In this document: one piece after another, positions 1 through 10,300 of the stretch
Position numbering within the stretch: the stretch's first letter is position 1
How the letters are laid out: the number at the start of each line of letters is the position of its first letter
Assembly: GCA_000388065.2 (NCBI GenBank)
Contig: KB932204.1
Source of the DNA: Fonticula alba ATCC 38817
Lineage: Eukaryota > Protista > Nucleariida
DNA length: 39,171 bases
Reading direction: 5' to 3' (one strand)
Program-made: the position numbers and the translations under genes
Notes under the pieces: model-generated
What the model was told of the DNA's origin: nothing
The model's database searches: none
What the model saw: the letters and a program-made list of their open reading frames with translations, nothing else

Positions 1-55
1 CCCCCCGCCTCTCTCCCGAGCTTTTGTGCGCCCTCCCGCCCCCGCCCTTCGCACG

Positions 56-592
56 ATGTCCTCTCGTCTTGCCATGTCCCCTGTGCTTCTCGGTGCGCGC
101 CTTGTCGGCTCGACCCCGCGCTCGGCAGTTGCCCCGGCGGCGGTGCGCCTCTTTTCCTCCTCTCCATCTGAGGAGCGGCGCCCGGCTGCTGTGGCTTCGT
201 CCGCCGGGCTGGCCATGCGGCCGATGACCCCGGCGGCCTTTGGCGCTTCGCCGGTGCCCGCCATGCCGCCGGGCATCTGGGACGTGGCCATCATCGGTGG
301 CCTGGCCGCGGTGATCATCATCGGTATGTTGCCCTTGCGGTGGGTGGCGCATGTGGCGTTGGCGAGGAAAAGCATGTTGACTCTAACCAATCTACCCTGG
401 CCCTGTGTAGGCCCGAAGAATGTCATCCCCAAGGTGGCCAACATGATCAAGTCCACGCGCGAGGCCATCCAGGACCTGGAGACCGAGGACTCCAAGAAGT
501 CGACCGACAAGCAGGCCGATGCCCCGGCGGCTGGCGAGAAGAAGCCCGAGCCCCCTACCCCGCCGACCGACCCCACCAAGCCCAGCAACTAG
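56..592 (+). CDS. Putative mitochondrion-targeted TatA/TatB-like (twin-arginine translocase) subunit, 149 aa; exons 56-323 and 411-592
   Basis: ATG at 56. The intron 324-410 (GTATGT...CTAAC...TGTAG, 87 nt, in frame) has a donor, branch point and acceptor. The spliced product has an Arg/Ser/Ala-rich, acid-free N-terminus (MSSRLAMSPVLLGARLVGSTPRSAVAPAAVRLF/SSS), then GIWDVAIIGGLAAVIII-GP-KNVIPKVANMIKSTREAIQDLE and a charged/Pro-rich tail. This matches the TatA/B layout of short TM, G(P) hinge, amphipathic helix and disordered tail. Confidence 0.65.
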   Translation: MSSRLAMSPVLLGARLVGSTPRSAVAPAAVRLFSSSPSEERRPAAVASSAGLAMRPMTPAAFGASPVPAMPPGIWDVAIIGGLAAVIIIGMLPLRWVAHVALARKSMLTLTNLPWPCVGPKNVIPKVANMIKSTREAIQDLETEDSKKSTDKQADAPAAGEKKPEPPTPPTDPTKPSN

Positions 593-607
593 ACGCAGGT
601 CCCCCCC

Positions 608-817
608 NNNNNNNNNNNNNNNNNNNNNNNNNNNNNNNNNNNNNNNNNNNNNNNNNNNNNNNNNNNNNNNNNNNNNNNNNNNNNNNNNNNNNNNNNNNNN
701 NNNNNNNNNNNNNNNNNNNNNNNNNNNNNNNNNNNNNNNNNNNNNNNNNNNNNNNNNNNNNNNNNNNNNNNNNNNNNNNNNNNNNNNNNNNNNNNNNNNN
801 NNNNNNNNNNNNNNNNN
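608..817. other. Assembly gap (N run) flanked by poly-C and poly-G
   Basis: N run seen directly, between the convergent 3' ends of the Tat-like and huntingtin-like genes. Confidence 0.99.
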
Positions 818-1028
818 GGGGGGGGGGCCCTTCTCGCCCCTTGGTCTGGCACTGCCCTTCCCCCTTGCTGGCAAATACAATGGACCCCTTGTTTCACTGT
901 CTCCTTTTTTTTTCCCTCACCAACCTGGATGTATAGGGACATGGGCAAGCATGCGGGGGAGGAGGGACGGATCGAAGGACGAGACAGGCTCTATGAAAAA
1001 GGGGGGGGGGGGACAAGCTTGACAAGAG

Positions 1029-4000
1029 TCAGCGCAGGCGACTGTCACGGCTTTGAGCAAGGGCGGCGGTCACCGACGCGGGAACACTTTCCGGGACCTG
1101 GCCAAAGAAGTGCTGCCCATTCAGGGCCGCCAGGAGGAAAGCCCGCCGCGCGCGAAGCCCCTCGCCGGTCGTATGTACCCGGCGTGGGCGGTCGACCGCC
1201 GGCGGTGCGGCGGCCGGCTCGGCGCAGATGGCCGTCGCCGAGGTGGTCTCCACGGTGGCCGCGAGTGCGGCACTCACGCGCCACTGGATGTCGGCCGGTC
1301 CCGCCGGCCCGGTGGCCGCCTGGGTCAGGGTCTCCTGGGCGGAGATGATGAAATTGAAGATGTGTGCCGCCACATCGGGGCTGTGACTGGCGCCCGCGGC
1401 CCCGGCCCCAGCGGCCCCGACCGGCAGGGTCTTGCCCTCGGCCGTGTGCGCGCGCAGGGTCACCGGCAAGGGGCCGAACTTCGGCAAGCGGCCGTACAGC
1501 TGCTCAGCCGGGGGCTGGGTCGAGTCAAAGGCGCCCAGGGGCCAGATGTCGGTAATGCGCAGTGGTGCGGCCGGGGCGGCGATGCCGGCACCGGGTCCCG
1601 CCAGCTCGAAGGCCCCAGCCTCCGATCCGCCGGCCGACCGACACAGCCAGTATCCCTGAAGGCGGAAGTCCAGGGCCAGGTCGCGCAGTGGCTGCATCTG
1701 CGCCGCCGGATGGGCATTGCGCAGTCGCAGCAGGTCGCAAGTGTCGAACAGCAAACGGCACGCCTCGGCTCGTACATATTGCGCCGAATAGGTGGTGCTG
1801 GTGTCATCGGAGCCGGGCCCGGAGGGGGCCGAAGTGCTGGCCATGGTGGACGGGCTGGGGGTCGGCAGGACGAGCGTATGCCGTGACATGTACGATACCA
1901 CGGTGGCCAGAGCCTGGGAGGTGGGCAGCCAGGAGACGATGCCTCGCGCGCGGAAGGGATCCGTCATGCTCAGCAGGTCCACATCCACCGACCGGTGGAG
2001 GTCCCCCACGGCCACGGATCCGGTGAGCAGGTAGGGCAAGGCCGCGGCCAGGTGCTCGCGTGCCGGGACCGGCAACGTGGGCAGATGCTTCAGCAGCACC
2101 AAAACCTTCTCCATGGCCGACAGGTGGACCTCGCTCAGGTCCTCGGTGCAGGTGAGGAAACGCAAGTGACAGGCCAGGAAGCGCAGGGCCTCGCGCGGGG
2201 CCAATGTCAGGCAGGCATTGTGGCCCGTCGGGCCACGAGCCGAGGAGGGGGCAACGGCGGCCGAGGTGGCCGCCAGGGGTTCCGAATTCAGGGCCGTCAG
2301 GAGCGTGGCACAACGCTGGGCATGGAACTTGATCAACTGCAGGACCGTTGGTGAGCGGGCCATGCTCAGGAAGGCCAGCGAGTCGAAGGCATGTCGCAGG
2401 AGACCCCGGCGCATGGGGGCCGACTGGACACCGGCACTGCTGCAGGCCCAGGCGGCCAGGTCGTACAGCTGCTTGGCCAGAGACTCCACGGCCCCGGCTC
2501 CAAGCCCGGCATATGGCGACAGGCCAATGGCCCCCGGCGCGCGGAAGGCCTCCGGCACCAGAGCCAGGGCCAGGGAGGTGGCCCGTAGGGACAGCCCCAC
2601 AAAAGCATCGCACAGGCTGGGAGCGGCGCCGTCAGACCGGGCCGAGGCCAAGGTGGCCCCGAGCAGGGCCCCCACCTCCCGCCGGCAATGCAGGCTCAGC
2701 AGCGGGGCCAGCCACCAGGCCACCACGCCGCCGGCCACGGCCGGGCATCGACTGGCCAGGGACACGGACTCCAGCAGGTCAGTTTGGCAGCCATCACTGC
2801 AACGGGCCCGGCCCAGGAAGCTGGCCGCGTCCAACAGCAAGGCCAGGCTGCCCTCGAGGATGGATTGCTGCACCCCGCGGTGGGCATGGCGCAGGCCGCG
2901 GTCCAATACGGCGGCCAGCTCGCGGAAGATGCCAGCTGTCTTGGTAAGCTGGCTGCCCGGCTGGTCCAGGCTCAGGTCGGTCCGGCGCAGGGCTGCCAGC
3001 AGGATGCGCAGCAGCCAGCCAAGGGCCTCCGCATCATCCAGGCTGACCAGCAACCGGGCCGGGCCGGGGGAGGCGCCGGATCCGAAGGCCGCCGAGGCCG
3101 CGGCCGCCGGGGCCCCAGACACCGACACATTTCGGTCGACATACTCCCCCCCAGGCGGGGGCGACGGGCCGAAGAGGCTCACGGCGGCCGATGACCCCGG
3201 GGCGGCGCCCGCCCCCCCGGGGGGATGGGCCTCCAGGCGCTGGAGCTCCTGCAGGGAAGACACGATGCCCGGCGTGAAAAGCATGCTGGAGAACGGGGTC
3301 GGCAGGGTCATGCCGGCCTGGCGCAAAATGCCAAGGCTGGCATTGAGGGCCCACTCGGCCAACGGGGCCGTGGCATCATCATAGAGGCCAGTGGTGGCGG
3401 CCATGTCCGAACCGGGCCCGGTGGGGATGATGTCCATCCGGGCGTAGCGCCGACCACACAGCGGCAGCCCCGGGGTCCCGGCTGGGCCAGGGTCGAAGAG
3501 CAGCTCCGCCAGCCGGCCGGTACATTGGAGGGTTGTTCGCCGGAGGAGGTCCTGGTCGAAGGCCCGCCGACCTGCCGCATACCGGAGGAGATGCTCCAGG
3601 GTGGGCTCATCACCGGCGAGGGTGGACTCCTCGGGGGCCCCTCCGCCGGGGGGGACCTTGTGGCTGGGGGGGAATTCCCCACCAGCACCGTGCATGGTGG
3701 CAGCGCCACCGGCCAGGAAGGACCCGCCAGCGGAGCTGTACATCGAGCTGGCCGAGGAGAGGAGGCCACTGGCTGTGTCGGCCGCGTTGGAAGTGGAGCC
3801 GGCGGCGGCGGCCGCCGCGGCCGAGGCCGCTGCCACCAGGGCCGCCTGCTGGTGCAGAGCATGCGGAGGTGTGGTGGCTGCCAGCACCGGGGCCGCCAGG
3901 ACATCGCAGAAGTGGCGCAGGGCTCGGTCGAGAGCCGGCTGATAGATCCGCCAGCCGGGGGCCAAGCCGGCATCGGCCCAATCGATCGAAGCGCCACCGG

Positions 4001-7000
4001 CAAGGCGCAGGGGGCCGGGCAGGCCGACCGTCGCGCGATGGTGTGTCCCGAGGACGCTGGCCACCGCGTGCAGCAACAGCCGCCGGGCGGTCCAGCGGTC
4101 ATCAACCAGGCGCCGGTTCCACCGGTCGAAGCCGAGGGCGTCCAGCTGGAAGAAAAGATCCCCATCATCGGCGTCGGCCAGCGGCGGGCTGCAGGCGGCC
4201 AGTAGCCGAAGGGCCGCGTCCACGGGGATCGGCCCGGCCGGCACCGCCAGCCAGAGGAGCGCATCCACCTCGGGGCAGGGGGCCTCCGAGGCCAGAAGTG
4301 TGGCAAGTTGGCCCTGGGCTCGGACCAGGCAAAGGTCAACCTGGGAGGCGCTGGTGCCGGGGGCGTTGCTGGTGGTGGAGGCGCCATGGGCGCCAGGCGA
4401 AGTGCCCGTCGCTCGGGAAGCGCCACCGGCAGGAGGAGTGCCGGCAGCCGGGACGCTGTCGCTAGATGCCACCCCCGGTGGAGATACACCTGTCACATCA
4501 TCAGCGCGCCGACGCTCGACCATGTCCATCCAGTAGGAGGCCGAGGCGCCGGCCGAGGAGCGCCGCGGCGCGTCCAGCGACTCGGACAGCCGCCCCAGGA
4601 CCGGGGATTCGAGCGGACCGACATCGGAGGCATCATCGGCCGCCAGGTCGCCGGTGTCCGAGGGGGCCCCCACGGCCGGACGCATGCCAAGGAGCAGTTG
4701 CCGCGCGCCAGTCGACCCATCAGGTGACATGGCCAGATCCAGGTCCGACCCGACGGCGAGAGGCACGGTGCCCAGGTCATCGGAATCGGAGAAACAGACC
4801 GCCGGCTGTGAATCCCCGGGGGCCAGCTGCAACGCCTCCAGCCCGGTGGCCAAGTCACCGAGATCACGGTCGCCTTGGGACACCCTCGGCGGGGCGGACG
4901 CCGGGGTGGTGGGCCCGGAGATCGGACTGCGCGGAGGCGAATCCAATACCAGCAGGCCGGCTGGCGCATCGGCGAGGGCCGATCCCCGGCGACCGGTATC
5001 CGCCCCACCCGGCACCGACCTGCCGGTGGCCAGTGCCGACAGACGCCCGGGCAGTGGGCCGGCCGTGCCGGCCAGGGCAAAGACCGCGGACAGGGCTCGC
5101 AGGCGCGCCAGCCCCCGGAAGGAAGGGTTATCCACAGGGACACGAGCCCCTCGAGGGAGGAAGGGCAGCCCCGCGGCCGGATCCTGATGGTCCGAGCCCC
5201 CGGGGCCGGCTTCATCGCCGCCGACCATGGCCGACGGCTCGTCATACATGGCGGCCGGGCCCAGCTCCGAGGCGGTTTGCGCGATGTTGGCCGGGTGCCA
5301 GGCGCGAATGTAGTCCGACCCGGTGGCAGAGCCGGGCATGTCGTCCATGGCCAGTCCAAACTGAGGGACATGGCCCAGCCCGAGGATCAGGGCCACGAGG
5401 GCCGGGCTGGCCCAGCGTGCACACCCGGCCAACAGGCGCCGGGAGAGGGGGTGCGCCCCGGCCAGGGGCGAGCTTGTCGCCTGGCCGAGACCGGCCACGC
5501 CGGCATCCGCACCATATGCCACATAGCAGGCGGCTGCCAGGCCGCCGAGCCAGGCCCGGTCCCGGTGCAGGGGGGCCAGGGCATTGGCAAAGCGCCTCCC
5601 CAGCAGGTCCCCCACAGGGGGGAGCTCCAGGGCCGGCAGATGGGTGGCCAATTCCGGGCACAAGCGCCGGCCAGCCTGGCTGAAGGCTCGCATGGAAGTG
5701 TCCAGGTAGAAGCTGTTGCCCAGATGCCCGGCGTCCAGGTCGCCAGCCGAGTGGTCCGCACAGGCGGTTGCCACAAGCAGACTGCCCAGGAGCAGTGATT
5801 GCCCGGCGGAGGCCAGGTCAACCGGCCCGGAAGCCGGTCCCAAGGAGAAGGTTGCACAGAAGCGCAGGCAGCTGGCCCGCTCGTGGGCCGTCCACCAGCC
5901 AGGGAACAGGTGCAGCATGGCCCCGAGCAGGCTGATCACCCGGTCGATGAGGCGACCAAGCACCGGGTCTCGCAGGACATCATGCAACTGCGCGGCCAGC
6001 TGGCCGGCCGGGGCCGCTGCCGCCAAGCTTGTGGCGCCCTCATTGAACAGGGCCACCGCCTCGAGGAGACGCTGCAGGGCCGCCCGTAGCCAGAGGGGAA
6101 TGCTGGCGCCGGGGCCGTCGACATCCGGGAGCACATTGCGCGCGGGGTGCAGGGCGTCACGGCTGCCCTGGAGCAGGGCCACATGCAACAGAGTCAAGTC
6201 CAGGGCCGCATCCGCCTGGGGAGTGCTGCCAAGCAGCCGCCGGACCATGGTACTGGCGCGGCCACCGAGACACAGCCCACAGGCGGGGTCCGGGTCGGAC
6301 AGCTGGCAGGCGGCCGAAGTGCCCAAGCTGGCCGCCATGCAGGGGCGCGCACTCAGCAGGCTCGCGGCCTGGGGCGAGCTGGCCGCCTGGGCCGCAGTGC
6401 CCGGCGAGGGCTTGGGCCCGGGCAGCCGAGCCGCCAGCCGGGCGTCCATATCAGCACAAAGAGCCGAACGCTCGCCAGGCAGACGGCCACCAAGCGTCTG
6501 CCGAAGGTGAAGAGCCGCCTCGAGCAGGGGGACAACCGGCCCGGGCTCCGGGCAAGCCGAGTCGGAGGCTCGCGCCTGATAGTGGGCCTTGAGGGTGCGG
6601 TGGAATGGGCCGAAGCTGGTGGCTAGCAGGGTGGCCAAGCCGGCCGCCGGGTCAGGAGGGGCACCCTCCCCGGGCAGCATGGCATCCATCACGGCGACAA
6701 GGTCCACCGATGGCAGGAAGCTCAGTGCCAGCAGCTGGTCAAGACGCGCATCGGCAGTGACCATCCCGGCGCCAGGGCGAAGCCGCAGGAGCAAGGTCAC
6801 AGCCTCGCAAGTAGCTGGGCAGGGGGCCTGCTCGGGGGCCGTGGCCCAGGCGGTCGACAGGGCCGCCAGCAGGGGCGCCTCCTCGCCAATGTGGTCACGC
6901 GTCAAAAGGGCCGCCACATCCGAGTAAGAGGCGGTGCTCGGCAAGTTCAGGGGACCGCCCTCGAGCAGGAGTCGGGACCGTGCCTCGCGCAGCCAGGCAC

Positions 7001-7327
7001 GCAGCATCAGGAGCCAGTGTGTCCCGGGACGCTTGCCAGCCTCGGCTGCCAGAATGCGCATGGCCTGGCCCAGGGGGATGCCAGCATGTGCTGCCAATCT
7101 GGCCCAGTGTACAAGTGGCGAGCCGGTGGCCGGACCGGCTCTGGCCAAGATGGCGCGACAGGCTTGCTTGGCAGCCGCGTGGTCCATCGACGAGGACAGG
7201 CCGCCGGGATTCGGGTGTTTGGCGGCCAATCGCCGCAGAACGCCGACATCCACACCGGCCTGCGCGGCCATCAGCAACCACCAGGCAAATGAGGGGCGGC
7301 CATGTGCATCGGCCGAGCCGGGAGCAT

Positions 7328-7359
<32 letters not shown>

Positions 7360-10300
7360 GCCGGGCCCTGGGCACTGGCAAGGTCCAGCCGATGCCCGGC
7401 GTCCACGGCCTCGGCCAGAAGCTCGGAAAGCACATGCGCGGAATCCTGGGCCCCAGTGCGCACGGCCGAGCGCCAGGCATCCGCCAGCGGGGCCGGGGCC
7501 GTCCGGCCGAAGCACAACCGGCCCAGGCGCAGCATGGTGTCACGCCAGGCGGCGCGCTCGGACGCGGCCGACATCATGCCAACCGACCCGTCGGAGGGGG
7601 GTCTAATTGCACGGAGGAACCACTGGCTCGCCTCAACCAGGGAGAAGCTGGGCTCCAGCTGGCCGGAGGGGTCGAGCTGCCTGGCGGCCGTGCTGGCTTG
7701 GCGGATTTCCTCCAACCGCGGCCGGGCGGGCAGCGGCAAGTCCGCCAAATACAACAGGGCCCCAGCCCCGATGGAGCATGTGCAGAGGGACAACATCTGC
7801 CGGCAGACCTCGCGCAGGCGAACCAGCGAGCCAAAGGGAAAGACCGCATCCTGGGGAACGGTCGTGTCGGCGGCCCCGCCGACCGGCCGAGCCCACCCCC
7901 CGGGCCAGGTGTCCGGACTGCTTGACAGCAGCAGCAGATATAGCGAGTAAACCGGCAGCAGGGTGGCAAACAGGGCAGCGCACCAGGCCCCGGAGCCCGC
8001 GTCGCCGGCGGTGGCACGGCAGGTGTCCCCCGGGCAGAGAGCGCCAGCCAGGCCACCTGGCGCCAGGCCGGTCTTCCAATCCCCGGTGGCCGGGCGAAGT
8101 GGCTGCAATGCCAGCTCCAGGGCTTGAATGATGGACTCCGGTCGGAGATTCCCCACGGAACAGTACCGGCCCAGAGCAAGCAGCGTACAGGTTAGCTCGG
8201 CCAGGCAGGCGGCCAGGCCGGCCGCCGCGTCAGCCGGGCTCCAATGAAGACCGGTCACCCGGTCGCCGGACAGCAGGACCGGGCCGCGCCAGCCGGTCAG
8301 CCAGCCGGCCGCTGACACGAGGCCCAACTTGTGGAGCTCCACCAGCAGGGCGTCGGCGAAGGCCGGATTGATGATGTCCACCCGGGCGCGCAGGGCCTGG
8401 CGCACGAGCAGCAGCGACACACGCCGAGGCGTGGCCAGCTCCGGGCCCCGGCGGAAGGATCCCAATTGGGGGAAGATGTGCATGAACTGCACGATGACCT
8501 TTTCGAAGGACCCGATGTCCACACCCCCGGCATAGGGGACCAAATCCATGCGATCATCCGGGTCCAAAGCCAAATGCCGAATGGCAGAGGCGCCGGCCTG
8601 GGCTTCGGCCGCTTGCAAAACCCCTTGCAGGGCAGCCGCGGCCCCGCCGCTGGGGAGAGCCGAATCGAAGATGCCCTCGAAGTAAAGCGGCTGACCGGCA
8701 GCGGTCATGGCCATGAAGGCCGACCTGGCCGAGGGGGGAAGATACATGGCGGCGGTACGCCGGCCGAGGGCCAACTCCGGCGTGGCCCCATCGGCCGGGC
8801 TGCCGGAGGCGGACCCGCGCGAGCCGGGTCCCGGGCTGCTGGCCATGGCCAAGAGCACGGAAATGACAGACCCGCAGGCGGCCGGGGCAATGCGTGCGAG
8901 ACTCTGCGCATCGGACAGCAGTGACCGCGAGTAGAGGGAAATATCTTCGGCCGGGCTGCCAGGCGCCGTGGGGGCCGGGCGCTGAGTCGAGTCGGCGCGC
9001 CTGTCGCCAGCTGCCGCCGACCGGTGGTGCTGGCGACGGCGGTGCTCCTGCTCTCGCAGGCGTTCCTGCTCGCACAGGAGCTCCGGAATCAGGCACGACA
9101 GACAGCCGGCCACCGTGGTCACCAAGTGCAGGAAGGGATCGCGCGCGTCTTCCAGGCCGGCCGTCCGTCCGGCGGCAGGGATGAACTTCGCATACCAGGT
9201 GCGATAGGCCGCGGCGATGGACTGCGACAGGCGTCGGTGGGTTTCCAGCGACGAGGCTGCCGCCCGTGGGGGAATGGAGCCGCCGCTGGCGCCGGCGGGT
9301 CCACTGCCAGCAGACCCACCGCTGCCCGAGGCCGTCGGCAATGGCGGCAGGGACCCCGGTCCGCCGGCCAGCGGGACGGCCAACAGCGGGGGCGACTGGA
9401 TGGGCATCTGCTCGGAATCCGCGAACGACAGCCGGAGAGACGCCTCGGCCGCTGGAATCCCGGCCGAAAAGGACACCGGCACCTCAGGCCAAGACCCGGA
9501 CGAGGTGTTGCCGATGGCGATCGACCCGGCAGCCTGGCCATAGCCATGATACGCCGCCAGGGAGGAGATGGCACCGGGAACCGTCAGCCCGCCAGGGGGA
9601 ACCGGGGCCCCCGGTAGCCCGGTGGCATTCACCGGGGCCAGGGTCGGGAGCGACACACCACCAAGCCCGGTGCCCACCGCACCGCCATGAGCCTGATACG
9701 AGTGTACCAATAACAGGGAGGAGGTGGGGCCGGCCCCGGGATGCATGGCTCCCGGGCCCATGGCATAGGTCACCTGGCTGGAGGCCGGGACCGAGGAGCC
9801 AGTGGTACCGATGCCACCGGCCGCCGAAGCCCCGGCGGCGTTGGCCCCCGATCCGGTGGCAGGGCCCCCGGTCGAGCCATTGCCCCCTGGCTGGATGACC
9901 GAAGTGGACAGCGGCTCGCGGATGACATCCGCCGCCGCACGCAGCAGGTGCACGCAGTACCGGAAGAAGGGCCAAAGCCACGTCCGTGAGGGAAGATCCC
10001 GAAGAGCCGAACTCCCAACCCGGCGCAAGCCCCCAGCCGAGAGAGCCAGCAGCAGGCGCATCAGGGCCACATGGTCTTCCAGGCTGAGAGTGACGGCCAG
10101 AACCGGGCCGTCGGACATGACGCCGTCGGCCGATCGGAGGGACGACCCGAAAGCTGACACGGCCAAATCCGCCTGCAGCGACCCGGCAAGCAGGCTGAGG
10201 CAGAAGTGCGCCAGGGTGCGGGTGGCCGTCGGGTCGGCGCCAGGAGGTGGACACGCCAGGAAGGAGGCCGACTGGCCCGGGGCGATGTCGGCGAAGATGG

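Noticed and set aside
6900-7300. Resemblance of WARLAAHAGIPL...HWLLML to spatacsin (SPG11)
   Set aside because: A single weak patch, whereas several ordered N- and C-terminal matches favour huntingtin.
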